Of a stretch of 64,000 bases of DNA, positions 14,110-30,000 are shown piece by piece. Source of the stretch: Octopus vulgaris (lineage: Eukaryota); contig OX597815.1 in NCBI GenBank assembly GCA_951406725.2, positions 111,290,001-111,354,000 of the forward strand. Direction: 5' to 3'. The position numbers were made by a program, and so were the translations under genes. Under the pieces are notes generated by a model. That model was given only the letters and a program-made list of their open reading frames with translations. It was not told the DNA's origin and did not search any database. The first letter of the stretch is position 1, and the number at the start of each line of letters is the position of its first letter.

Positions 14110-16660
14110 AGCTCCTGCGTTTTTTATGTTTTGCAAACTACTTGCACATGTAAGTGCTACCAGTCGAGAACTCCGCATATCGGAAGCCAGTAAGTGTAAG
14201 GGTTCTTCCAAAGAGAATGCACTCCGTTATGGGGCCTACCTCTCGACGACATCAATGCGCAGCGGCCCCCTCACTGATATGAGGCCCCGCTTGCTAGATC
14301 AACTGGTTATTAAATGTAGCTCAATATTCTTCTAGGTTTCGCTCATCGTCTCTTTGTAACCAAATCCATTGGCCAGCCTTTCCCACTGTAGTTTGGATAT
14401 CGGTCATGATGTTATTAACTTTGCGATGAGTTAGGCGTAACGATAACAACAGTCATCTCACACCGTGTCCAGCAAACCCTCTACATCCGACTTCGATTGG
14501 AAAATGCTCTGCTTTCCAGCCTGCATCCATACTCGAGGAGGTTTACATAACGGTCAGTCGTTCGAGCCCGAGCGCGTCCATGTTATCTTCATGAGGAACC
14601 GTTAACTCGACTAAATTCACAATTTTCTTTCCTTCACACCACATTAAAACTTCCGTCTATTTCGTAACTTGGATGGGAAAAAGCAAATCTGAAATCGGCT
14701 CCTAACAGCCGTTCTACTTTCGATCGCTCACAGGAAGTTTCTTGTTATTCTTGAAACGGATCCGCTGTCCTGAACGCACGAAGGTTATGAAATCTCCAGT
14801 TGGTACTTTCAACGTTTTTTTTTCACTGTTGTTGAGATCAATTTGGTTCTTCACAGCATTGAAAATAACTTTAAGAACCAGATTGTCTACATGTGTACCT
14901 GTTCAAAGCTAATGAACAGATGGAAAGAATAAGTTTCAGTGCCCCGACCTTTCTGCATTTGCATATATCATTCGCTGAGACGTACATTCTATCTTGCTAG
15001 ATTTGTAAGTGATGGCAAAACATCATAGGATGAACGAGTCAGAAAACCTAGCCAAGATGTGGTCCACCTCCATATCTCATCCAAACTTATTTTCCTCTCA
15101 AAAACGCGTTCCTCTCATCTCATCATCTGTCCTTGTTGAATACATTGGATCAAATGAAGTTCTTTTCTCTCTGCTTCCTTCATTTTTCTCCCTGCTTCCT
15201 TCGTTTTGACGCTGTTGCTAAGAACAAATCTGCGTACGCTCCATATCATACTTGCAAACAGTCTGAACTGATCTGCGCAAAAACCAAGTCTCTTCCGATG
15301 ATTTTGCGTTGCATCCACCATATGTCGGTGTGTAAGAAAAGGCAAGATGTCATCAGTCTCTGCTTCTACATTCTACTTCCTGGCTTCTAGCACCTCTGGT
15401 AGATTACGCCTGATTGCCATATCCTTCGAATCACTCAGCATCGTCACCCTTCGTACCTTCCCAAGTTTATATATTTCGACTATTGACGTCAGTGGTAACT
15501 GCAACGAGTCTCTTTTACGATAAAGAGCTAAACTGTTCAACATCCGAAGTAGGCCTAGCCACCTTCTTATGAAAACATTACATTTTTGTTCACTGATCTG
15601 AACTCGTGACAATGCTACCTCGTATGTTAAAATTGGCCACGAAAGTCGCGGATATAAGCCGAACTGTAAGCACCAAATCATATATTTACCTGGTAACTTT
15701 GAGTTATCAATCGCTGATAATCTAACCTCGACTTGTCCCATAATTTCCATTCCGCTACTCCTATCTGACGATGTTCCAGTATATATTCGCCCCAGGCATT
15801 TGATGGGTTCTTTGACTGTTGCAATGCTTTCTTCAGCTATTCGAGACTTAAGTTCTTTCTGCACTACCTTAAACAATGGCAACCTACGCGACATTTTTGC
15901 TCTAAACCGCACCCATGACAACCTCATAAGCTCATCTAGTCCCAAGAGGGCACTCTGCATGATTTGCTTATATGTAAATAGAAGTATCACGTCATCCATG
16001 AAGGCTTTTTTGGGCGATTGTACGTGGGCGATTCATTTCGAAAATTCCGCGGGTTTCAAAATCATCTTCAATCGGTGCCAGTCTGTTGTAAAATGTCCAA
16101 CTGTAAACCATTATTTTGGTTGCTTTGTCTGGAATGTAGACGTGGTCCATGGCAGTAAACCATATTCCTTAGCTAGATCAAGTCATACCGCGTTCTGATT
16201 TCTCTTGTTGTATTTGGCATCCTGGATCGCTTTCCAAACTGAAAAACAGTGTTCAACGCATCTAGGGATCCCAGGAATTACGGCCTTTTGAACAGATTCA
16301 TCAACATATCCATTCCTCTGTGAATTTGCCACTGTTCTCGAAATAATTCCCATAAAGATCTTGCCTTCCACAGTCAATAAGGATATCGGTCTAAACTATT
16401 TTACAGTCTCTGCATTGCCCTCTTTCGGCAGGTATATGCCTTCTGCCTTACACTAATCCTTCACTAGAGTCTCTTCGCGCCACAGCTGTTGGAGTAGAAC
16501 AAAAAGCTTTTTTCGCAGACGATTGCAATATTTGTAAACTTTATACATGACACCATCATCTCCTAGGGCACTTTTTGCTCTAGCTTTTCTCACGAAATCA
16601 TTCACCTCTTTGTCCCCCGATGCTCCCAATTTGAAATTCAATATCAGGGTCGAAGAGATA
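14110..16660 (-). mobile_element. 5'-truncated, decayed HERO-like RLE non-LTR retrotransposon
   Basis: Minus-strand fragments KSALGDDG.MYKVYK, VEGKIF..GYVDESVQKAVIPG.P.CVEH, LDLAK, AFMDDV (RT catalytic motif), LPGKY..WCLQFGLYPRLSWP..YEV..RRWLGL, ELTVPHE, FPIEVGCRGFAG (RLE) and QWIWLQR. Many stops and frameshifts. Confidence 0.85.
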
Positions 16661-16695
16661 CTTAATTCCCAAATTTATACTAATTTATACTAATA

Positions 16696-17109
16696 GGCGC
16701 AGGAGTGGCTGTGTGGTAAGTAGCTTGCTTACCAACCACATGGTTCCGGGTTCAGTCCCACTGTGTGGCACCTTGGGCAAGTGTCTTCTACTATAGCCTC
16801 GGGCCGACCAAAGCCTTGTGAGTGGATTTGGTAGATGGAAACTGAAAGAAGCCCGTCGTATATATGTATATATATATATATATATGCGTGTGTGTGTTTG
16901 TGTGTCTGTGTTTGTCCCCCTATCATTGCTTAACAACCGATGCTGGTGTGTTTATGTCCCCGTTATTTAGCGGTTCGGCAAAAGAGACCGATACTGGGCT
17001 TACAAAAGAATAAGTCCCGGATCGAGTTGCTCGATTAAAGGCTGTGCGCCAGCATGGCTGCAGTCAAATGACTGAAACAAGTAAAAGAGTAAAAGAGAGT
17101 AAAAGAGTA
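16696..17109 (+). mobile_element. tRNA-derived SINE family B (CORE-like, resembles octopus OR-type SINEs)
   Basis: GGCGCAGGAGTGGCTGTGTGGTAAG (A box), GGGTTCAGTCCC (B-box-like), CACCTTGGGCAAGTGTCTT (CORE-like), internal (TA)n(TG)n and a GTAAAAGA-repeat tail. Five other copies in the window. Confidence 0.88.
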
Positions 17110-17920
17110 TGGATGTTTGAATATTTATTATCATTCTATCACAATTTTCTACCCATATTTTTCCCCACATTATCTCGACCGATTTTTATAAACCAGCATA
17201 CAAGAAAAATGCACAATAACCAATTTACACGCACGGTTGTGTGTGTGTGTGTATGTGCCTGTGTCTGTCTCTGTGCTTGCGTACTTGTATTGTTTTGTAT
17301 GTATGTTGTACGAATTGTATATGACACGCGTTGCTCCTACTGCTTGATCCTACTAACTTACATTTCTCTACTACTATCATTATAATTTGCTTTTACATAT
17401 CCACAAGATAGATATTTTACTATTATGAATGTGGAATATTTAAATATAATAACCTTTCGTTAAATGTTGATCATAGTTTAGGACATTATTGTAATCTGAG
17501 AAAAGTTACAACATTGTAAGTACTAACTTTAACGTTTCCAGTAAATCTCTGTTCATTGCAATTTTTATTCATATATAAATTAACTAATTAGGTAGCATGT
17601 ATTGGAACCTGTATAAACAAATGTGGTTCATTTCAGGTTCAACATTACTTTATGTTGGTGTCATGTATGGAGTAAATACTGATACGAAAATGAACTATCT
17701 CTTTGCTTATAAGTTATATTATCAGAATGCGTTTATATATGCTCTGCATTAAGTATAATGATTCAGATGAATTGGAAATAATAACCGTGAAAATGTAGAT
17801 AACTGAAATTAGATGCATTTAAGCAATTATGTTCTTTGCAATACTCTAAAAAGTTATTTTTCCAAGTGAAGTTACGAAACAAAGAAAGGGAATTGGTGTT
17901 ATATTATTAGTATCACAAAA

Positions 17921-18115
17921 AGGCGGCAATCTGGCAGAAATGTTAGCAGGCCGGGCAAAATGCTTAGCAGTATTTCGCCTGTCTTTATGTTCTGAGTTCA
18001 AATTCCGCACAGGTCGACTTTGCCTTTCATCCTTTCGGGGTCAGTAAATTAGTACCAGTTGTAATCAACTAGCCCTCTCCCCAAAATTCTGGGCCTCGTG
18101 CCTAGATAAGAAAAG
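17921..18115 (+). mobile_element. SINE family A with target-site duplication
   Basis: Full head AGGCGGCAATCTGGCAGAA plus core. TSD ATTATTAGTATCA(C/G)AAAA at 17903-17920 and 18116-18133. Confidence 0.9.
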
Positions 18116-18549
18116 ATTATTAGTATCAGAAAACAGTTTGAATAAATAATTTCTAATCTTTTCACAATTTCCTTTTAATTCGGAAGAAAACATGCTACGT
18201 ACCGTTGTTAACTCTTCGTGGACACTTGTATAATGAACATCATTCCTACTGTGATGATCCTATCTTTTCGTGGGTCGGTGCGCATGTATCAAAGCGTCAG
18301 AAGTATATTCCTTACTTACTTAACTAGGCGGATTTGATATAGAAGTCAGTTTGAGAGCACCTCAGGTATCTCTCTCTGTAGAAAATGGCTGGCAAAGATT
18401 ACCGCAGCAGTATTGTGTTATTGAATCAGTAACAAACATTAAACCGAAAATGCAATAATTGTAAGCATTCATACACCACTCATATAAATGTACGCTTGTT
18501 TTAGAATATGACAATGTCCAGGTACTTATGATTTATATCATATCGCATA

Positions 18550-18627
<78 letters not shown>

Positions 18628-20148
18628 TATCGCGTACGATGTATGTGTTTTAATAACTGGTACATCAATACGGAATGGCATATTACACACTAATGGAAAA
18701 TCACACACATTACATTAAATCTGTGATTAATTTAGAAATTATTGAGGTTAAGGAAAGTTCATCTTCAAATTGCAATTGAAAAACTAGAAGTCTGATGCAA
18801 ATAGAAACATTCTAGTTTGTAGTGACAATAATAATGGTTGTAAATAATGCTTAAATATTCACGCAAACCATTTAATAACGTGCAATGTTTTCATCCGATG
18901 AACAATTCTTTATGACGTACGATTGGAGACTACGAAATCACAAAGAAGAAGTAATAGTGTTGGAATAATTCATCAAGATTATACTGAAAGCGCTTATTGA
19001 ATATTAACACATCAATAGTTCAACTACTTTGGAGTACATCTAAAAAGAGAACTGTTGGATGTAGAACCGGAAACACATTTCCCAGAACCCCAAACTGCCA
19101 AAGTAAACAAAATGAAATAATGTAGATAATATTGTCAAAACAAGGGAATATCAATATCCACGGATCCTACTGGTTACATTCGTTTAAAAAATTCTAGTGT
19201 CAATAAGTACTGTTTACTTAAATCACGCAAAGTGGAAAAATAGGAAACAATATCTGCAGGTTAGTTGAAAGACTATCAAATCGAAAGTTCCTTCAATTTT
19301 AAATAACCATTATGTTGAGTGTGAATATAAAGCACATGAGGAGACCTGTGATGCACATGGAAGGACAAGTAAAAATTTAATTAATCACCGAAAAAAGACA
19401 TTAACATACTTTGTTTTTTATATATTGCATGCTTTAGCTGAAAAGCTGCTTTTTGTAATTCAAAGTAATTGCATAGAGGATTTTTGGCATTACAACTATT
19501 TTATGCGTAACCGAAAGGAAATATTTTAGCATGCAATCTTACTTTTTTAGGAGCTTCGAGCACGGAAGTATCGGTAACAGAAAATAATATTTCATGCAAC
19601 AATTTGCTATCCGTTGCCAAAAGTGCTTGTTAATATATTCTATTTCCATGTCAGTATATCAATTTGTTATACAATACGTGACAACACGTACTGTATAAAA
19701 TCTTTCTGGAAAGATCACTGTTAACATTACAGGTATTAAGCTTAAGAAAACTACTGTAAAGAAGTGTTCGTTGTAATACTTTTATTCGTATCAATATATT
19801 AAACCAAATCTGCTATTTTATTTCAATTTCTACGTTTGCTCTTCAAATTCGTATTATTCTCTATAACATTTGAATTTAATTTGACTAAAAATATTATAAA
19901 AGAGTAAAACGTTTTTCTTTTCCCGGATCACTAACTGTACTCTACTCTGGAACTGCCTCTCCCTTGGCCCAAATTATCATTGTTGTAGAATGTGAGCACT
20001 AGCTCTGTAGAAGATTCGCACCAGACCGTTCCTTGACTGTTTGTACTACCTTTCTGTCGTCGGCATAGTAAATGTGGCTATCTATGTAACTGAGGGTGTG
20101 TCCGAAAGAGCCACCATAAAATGCAGCGACCACAAGACACGGTCACAA

Positions 20149-20211
<63 letters not shown>

Positions 20212-20289
20212 TGTATATATATATATATACTAGCTGAAGGTGACCCGCTCTACGCGCGGGTAAGAGTGTGGTTGTTACTTTCTGTTGCT

Positions 20290-20608
20290 TCCTTTCAGCA
20301 CGTAAAAAGCACCATCCGAACGTGGCGGATTGCAGCGCCGCCTTGACTGGCTTCTGTGCTGGTGGCACGTAAAAAGCACCAACCGATCGTGGCCGCTGCC
20401 AGCCCCCCTGGCACCTGTGCAGGCGGCACGAAAAAAGCACCCACTACGCCCACAGAGTGGTTGGCGTTAGGAAGGGCATCCACCTGTCGAAACACTGCCA
20501 GATCAGACTGGAGCCTGGTGCAGCCTCCTGGCTTCCCAGACCCCTGTCAAACTGTCCAACCCGTGCTAGCACGGAAAACGGACGTTAAACGATGATGATG
20601 ATGATGAT
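20290..20608 (+). mobile_element. Short retroelement with a (TGA)n tail (RTE-tail-like SINE or LINE 3' end) nested in the Helitron-like element
   Basis: Three internal GCACGTAAAAAGCACC-like repeats, GGTTGGCGTTAGGAAGGGCATCCA, and an end GGACGTTAAACGATGATGATGATGATG. Confidence 0.65.
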
Positions 20609-21296
20609 TCTCCCTCTTTGTTTCTTTCTCCTTTCTCTCTCACTTTCCCACTCTCTTACTCTTCCTTTCTCTCGGACTCTCCCTCGCTTTCTCTTACTCT
20701 CTATCTTTATGTATCTCTCTGCCATTTATAAACAACAAAAGATCTTGAGTAAGTTGAGAAATAAAATATTTAGAAAGATCAATCATAAATATCAGGCAGT
20801 TACAAAGGAAAGGTCTGCTTCAAGACAGACAGCAAAACACTAACATTTAAAAGGGACAGACGAACTTGCGAGCTGAATAAAAATAATAAAATATTGGAAA
20901 CCAAAGTTTGAAGGGATAGAATTTGAGGATAGTAGAGTCACCATGGCTGGCATTTCTTAACGACGGACAGCAACGTATTGACAGTTCAACGGCTGGCGTA
21001 AAATTTTGAACTTGATGTAAAAGAAAATCCCTAAAAACCAAGTTTTGACTTGATTCTTTCTCACGACAGTAGACTCACGATGGCAAGCATTCAAAACTTC
21101 TTCATCATGGACGGCAACACATTGACGATTAAAAGGCTGGAGCAAATTTTTTAGCTTGATGTAACAGAGAATTGCTAAACACCCGCTCCTTTAAATTTTA
21201 ATCCCCTTCCAGCCCCATTTATACCCCTTTTCACCTTTTGGTTAATATAACCCGATTTCATTTGGGTCTACTGGGGCCACATTTTATAAGATGAGG

Positions 21297-21410
21297 ACTC
21301 AACCAAGTTTCCCGAGTTCTGGTCATAGACCATAGAACACTCAACCAAGTTTCCCTAGTTCTGGTCATAGACCATAGAACACTAAACTAAGTTTCCCGAG
21401 TTCTGGTCAT
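21297..21410. repeat. 42-bp minisatellite, about 2.7 copies
   Basis: Unit ACTCAACCAAGTTTCCCGAGTTCTGGTCATAGACCATAGAAC at 21297, 21339 and 21381. Confidence 0.95.
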
Positions 21411-21655
21411 TTGCAGAATAAATAGAGACGGCGGAGGTGGCAGACGTCGTTGCAATGTAAACATGATTTGTTATAAGAGAAAGATTGCCCAGATTGTGTG
21501 TTGGTGGTGTTGGTGGTGGCGATGATAATTATCATTAGGAAAAAGAGTGAGTGAGTGAGAAGACATACATAAGTTGTGGCGATGATAATTGTAGACCCCT
21601 TTTCACATTTTGATGAAGAGAACCCGATTTCATTCGGGTGTACTGGGGCTACATA

Positions 21656-21712
<57 letters not shown>

Positions 21713-21825
21713 ACGCTGTAGAAATTAAATTAGAGATAAAACCACTAATAGGGAAATGAAACAGTAAAAAAGCAAAAACAAAAACAAAAATAAAAATATA
21801 ATATTAGATATATGTAGATATATGT

Positions 21826-21864
<39 letters not shown>

Positions 21865-22721
21865 GACAGGTAGACAATAGAATGCGATGGCGATGGGGAT
21901 GGCGAGTAATATTTGTTACTGTCCATGAACGCTGAGAGATACATGAGTAAAATGTATAGGAAGGTAAGAGATAGAGTGAGTGAAAATGTTCTTGGAAGAG
22001 AGTAAATAGCTACAGAGTGATTTGAGGAAGACTTAACATTAAATAACGGTAGTTGCATTGTCAAATGAAGAGGAGTGACAGAGTACTGGAGGAAATAGGG
22101 TGAGGTAGGAAGATGGCCCCTAGCAACCACACCTTTTAAGATATGGATTTGTAAGGTAGCCCACGCGCATCGTCACCTCATTCTACATGTCCCTGTAAAT
22201 TTTGGAGCGAATCGGACGGGATGTAGTGGCATTGAAAGCGAACCAAGCGGTAAAAACGCATTTCAGTTTTATATATATATATATATACATGCACAGTAAA
22301 AAGATAGGGACTAAGGGTCAAATACAGTAAAGAGATAGAGGCGTTATTACTTCCTTACTATCGACACCGACATCTCTAATTTCTTTGAGGAATGTATCAT
22401 CTAATACTTTTACGCCGTCTTATGATACCGGGGAAGAGTACGAAAATGCTTGAACTGAAGAAAACTTCAAATCCAAAAATGATCCAAGCAACATCAACCT
22501 TCTTATCCGTCGTTTGCAGATAAATGACATGAAACAGCCATTTTACGTTCCCACTTCACTTTTATAATTCAACTCATCCCAAAATTCATTGAATTATATT
22601 AACTGAAATTACATTTTTATGGCAAAGCTTGTACAGTTCTACGTTTACGAGATGAGGAATTATGTCCATTATTTACATTATTTACATTTGACGGATATTT
22701 GTCCTCATGTTGTTTGTTGTT

Positions 22722-22767
22722 AACACAACGTTTCGGCTGATATACCCTCCAGCCATCATTAGATGTC
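22722..22767 (-). ncRNA. Minimal hammerhead motif, core mutated (CUAAUGA)
   Basis: Stem I GACAT/GTGTT, CTAATGA (G5>A), stem II GGCTG/CAGCC, GAAA, palindromic stem III ACGT, triplet GUU. Confidence 0.65.
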
Positions 22768-22861
22768 TTGGGGAAATTTCGAACCTGGGTTCTCATTCTT
22801 AAGGTATCTTTCGAAGTTGTTGTTATCATTATTATTATTATTATTGTTATTATTATTATTA

Positions 22862-22932
<71 letters not shown>

Positions 22933-23378
22933 GAGTGACACTGGGGTAAAATATACGAAGCCCAATGTACCCATCATGACTACCCGTCTGATAAAGGTAC
23001 ACCAGGCACATGCATCACAACCATATGTGCGCGACATGGTGATCTCATATCAAGATAAACAGCACATGACCTTGCAGGTGGGGCCCAGTTAGAATTTTCT
23101 TCAGGTTGAGTAGCCCATCCCGCTCAAAAGGTCTCTGAATAAGGGTTGTTTAAGGATGTTGAAAGAACCACCCATGTTTCCAGAGGTGAATTATTCAAAC
23201 CCCAAAGAATCCCCCAACACATGGCCATGATGCTCCCCCACTACTTCTGCTCGCGATCAGAGATGCACATATCGTCAGCCACTAAGGGACATGCTCAACT
23301 GGTTATGGTCAAACAACTGACAAGCAAATCTGTGGTATTGAGTAGAATATTTGCTGTAGCCCATCTTTTATACCAAGA

Positions 23379-23380
<2 letters not shown>
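22933..23380 (-). mobile_element. Second copy of the about 490-bp (TAA)n-inserted element
   Basis: Homologous to 2111-2603; lacks about 80 bp at its minus-strand 5' end; flanked by (TTA)n. Confidence 0.75.
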
Positions 23381-23448
<68 letters not shown>

Positions 23449-23467
23449 CACTACGCCATATGCCAGT

Positions 23468-23790
<323 letters not shown>

Positions 23791-24221
23791 CCAAGTTTGT
23801 AGTTTTCAAGGAGATCGAGTTATAATATTATTCATTCCCATTGTTGTTTTTTCTATTTTCGTAGTTCTCTGTTATAAATTTAATATAGCTTATGAATTCG
23901 ACACTGCAGTGTTGCATAAACATCAATGATACATTTTCTCATTTATTTCCGTTGTAATGAATAAAGGAAAATCAATATACATATGCAATAAAGTTGTGCA
24001 TAGTTTGTATATTTATTTGTAAGTATAGCTAATATGGTGGATCTGAACCCATATTTTGTGTACGAATTACCTTGTTTAGTAGGTTGTAGACATTAGTGAC
24101 TTGAAAGAAAGAACAGGCACTTGTTCATATAATTCATAATATAATGTAAAATATACAATGTATAGAGATATGTTTAAAGGGGAATTAAATGCTTTATTAC
24201 ATTTATTTTTGCCCACAGTGT

Positions 24222-24369
24222 ATAGGCCGTGTGTTAAGTAGCTTGGTTCCCGGTTCACTTCCACTGTGTGGCATCTTGGGCAAGATTCTTCTACTATAGC
24301 CTCGGGCCGACCACAGCCTTGTGAGTGGATTTGGTAGACGGAAACTGAAAGAATCCCGTCGTATATATG

Positions 24370-24461
<92 letters not shown>

Positions 24462-24697
24462 TGTGCGTGGGTGTGTGTGTATGTTTGTGTGTCTGTGTTT
24501 GTCCAACATCGCTTGACATCCGATGCTGGTGTGTTTACGTCCCCGTAACATTAGCGGTTCGGCAAAAGATACTGATAGAATAAGTACTAGGCTAACAAAG
24601 AATAAGTCCTGGGGTCGATTTGCTCGATTAAATTCGGTGCTCCAGCATGGCCACAGTCAAATGACTGAAACAAGTAAAAGAGTAAATAGAGAGAGTA
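24222..24697 (+). mobile_element. SINE family B
   Basis: Homologous to 16696-17109, with an expanded internal (TA)n(TG)n. Confidence 0.88.
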
Positions 24698-26257
24698 TAT
24701 GTTCTCATTTAAAGACATGATGATATCAGTGATATTTTTACTTTTGTTTTATCTGGGTAGCGTTAATTCTAGGTGCTTATACTCGACGAAGTAAGCCTGG
24801 TGTGAATTTGAACAACTCGATATAATATAGAAGTATATAATTAAATTCACACATACATCGATATATTAGTTTGCTAATACAAGCTAAACATTGAGTTTGA
24901 AATAGCTAATATTTCAAACTCAATGTTTAGATTGTCATTTCACTCTAATATCCGTATTGCGTTGTAATTATGTCACCCTGGAAAATGTAGTCTATATCTA
25001 AATTATATTACCCAAGTAAAGGTAGATTATCAGAAGCGTGAAACCCATAATGTTTGAAGTATTATAGAAACCAATTATTGGTATTTCGAAAGCATTTAAT
25101 GCTATACACGTTTCAAATGCTTACGTAACCAATGCTTACGCAGTTATCAACTTCCCTTGATCAATCGAAGCGAAATATATTAAAAGTTTCAAATTTGCCT
25201 GCGTATATAGTAGTGTCCGTATGTATAACTACAGAAAAATTATAAAGGAAAGAATATAAAAAAATAGAAAGAACATAATAACTAGATAAAAGCAAAAGAG
25301 GGAAAGAAAAACAAGGAAGAAACATAGCTTATTTATAAGGAAATAATGTAGCGAATATATTCAAAAAATAACGTAGAGAATATATTCAAAAAAGTATTCC
25401 AACAAAAAAATATTCGTTTTATTTGCCACAAGGACATCAGCAACAATAATCCTTGATGTGTATTTCATTTTATCATCCTCGAAATAAGAAAGTGTATCTC
25501 TGCACATTTTCCAATATAGATCCTGAAGAATCATCGCACAGTATTTTGTTCGTCACGCTAAAAATATTGCCATCATGCGTCCTTACAAAAATCAGATCTT
25601 TGGCACTAAATTCACTAAAGAGTAGAACCCCTATCATTATGAGGGGCGTTGCAGTAGTCAGGCTGTAAGCAACCATGCTATCATAAAAAAGTTCCTTTGT
25701 GACATTGTGATCACATAGCAGACTATTAATAATGTTGGGGAAATTTTCCTTTCGATATGCATGTGATGCCATAGTTGTTTCTGATTTAGGTACAAATCAA
25801 ACAATATTATGGGTACCGGTAATACCTGCGATCCCAATTCTCAACTGATACTTTATTGAGCAACCATGGAAGGAACTAAAAACGTAAAAAAGCAGCCAGA
25901 AATACACTGAAACCTTTTCTCCGACATTCTAACGATTCTTCCAGCTTACTACATATGCCATTTTTATGGCATAATACCATCGGTTTGATATTAAGGAATC
26001 ATTGACTGTTCATTGCTCAATTGTATGGCTCATTTCAAAACTATTGCCCTGTAGCCGAGTTTTAATTTTTTATTTAGTCATCTAATCAGAAAATTATGTC
26101 TTTCACTAGAAAAGCGTTTCTAAGAGCAGCAGCAACAATGCGGTATTTCTTTAAATTCTGTAAGACAAGACATTCCTCTCCATCCCGTAGTCCATAATGA
26201 AAAATAACAAAACAACAAACACTATCTTCTCTATATGTGTGTATATATAGATATAGA

Positions 26258-26297
<40 letters not shown>

Positions 26298-26369
26298 TGA
26301 GAGAAAGAGAGAAAGAGACAGAGGGAATGTATGTGTGCGCGCATGTGTGTGTGTATATATATATATATG

Positions 26370-28989
<2,620 letters not shown>

Positions 28990-29539
28990 GAGACAGAGTG
29001 AGAAAGAAAGGGGGAGAGAAAGAGAATGAGAATAAGAGATGGAGAAAGGAAGAAAGAAAGACAGAGAGAGGGGGGTAATTCATTTTATAATCGTTTCGTC
29101 TGTACGCGATTGAAAATTTTGCATGTTTGCAGGCATGTTAACATATTCTTTTCAATAAGATAATGTAAATTTTACATTTTTCTCTATTATCTTGGCTTTA
29201 TTTTGAAAGTGTGTCAATATTGAAATGAAGGTATTCAAATTGGAATATGCTACCAGCATCAGCCTGTCGGTTGCACCCGTTTTAATCGGTGGCGGTTTTT
29301 GTTAATCTCATTAATATATGGCGAATACCTTGGAGCAAAAAGCCAACTCGGTTTGAAGCCTAGTTAAATGAATTTATTTTTTCTCATATTTCAAACTGCC
29401 GCGAGGAAATATATTGGTAAAACTTCCATTTATTTTATTTATTTATTTTAAATTGTACTGTCGCTCAAAAAATTACTTTACGTGAATTCAAAAAATGCGG
29501 TTAGCTTCGAATATAATCAAGGCATTCTCATATACGTTA

Positions 29540-30000
29540 TATGGTGATGGATTCGTTCTGTTATTTACGTATTTCGATGGCGGAAGCATCCAAAGTACAG
29601 CAACTTAGGCTTGGAATTAGCTTACTTATGCGAATGTAGTCATTTAAAAACTCAGCATCCCAGATGCCAGTAGATTTTAAGGGTCTTTTTGAGAGAATGT
29701 GTACTGTTTCTGTGACTTCCTCTGGACGATACTTCCCTGCTACCCCCACATCACTGAGGGGAGCGCCCCCACCTATACATTCGACTGACTAGTATTGGAC
29801 ATAAAGTACATCTTGAAATCATCTCCAATCAGGTTTCATCATTCCTTTTCCACTTTATGCAATGGCTATCTCTCTCAATTGACACCTAGAGCTCTTTCCC
29901 GATTGCGTTTTCTTACCAATGTATGGCACCAGTTCTAAGCAGCCACTATCTCAATCTGGTTCCAATAAACTCCCAGCCTCCAAGTTCTACAGGAAAGTGG
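29540..30000 (-). mobile_element. Possible highly decayed LINE ORF2 remnant
   Basis: ORF 29561-29749 PEEVTETVHILSKRPLKSTGIWDAEFL loosely resembles the pre-RT EEV..AI..L...KSPG.D....E.L motif. Confidence 0.3.

Larger units (their letters stand above)
20230..22285 (-). mobile_element. Non-autonomous Helitron-like element with internal duplications
   Basis: Minus-strand 3' end is an ACCCGC-GCGTAGA-GCGGGT hairpin followed by CTAG at 20230. The other end, CATTTCAGTTTTATATATA, resembles a decayed TCTATATATATAAAA 5' end. Internal direct duplications at about 20930/21068 and 21223/21595. Confidence 0.6.
22640..23464 (-). mobile_element. tRNA-head/(AAT)n/hammerhead-tail element, minus copy, interrupted by a nested insertion
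   Basis: Minus strand reads GGCATATGGCGTAGTGGTTAA-(TAA)n-[insert 22933-23380]-(AAT)n(AAC)n-TCGAAAGATACCTTAAGAATGAGAACCCAGGTTCGAAATTTCCCCAAGACATCTAATGATGGCTG..CAGCCGAAACGTTGTGTT. Confidence 0.7.

Noticed and set aside
21297-21410. Repeated units of about 40 bp, superficially CRISPR-like
   Set aside because: The units are contiguous with no unique spacers, no cas genes and a eukaryotic context; it is a minisatellite within a Helitron-like element.
25453-25772. Overlapping 71-aa and 99-aa ORFs in non-repetitive sequence
   Set aside because: No recognisable domain or convincing splice sites; I cannot support them as exons without RNA data.
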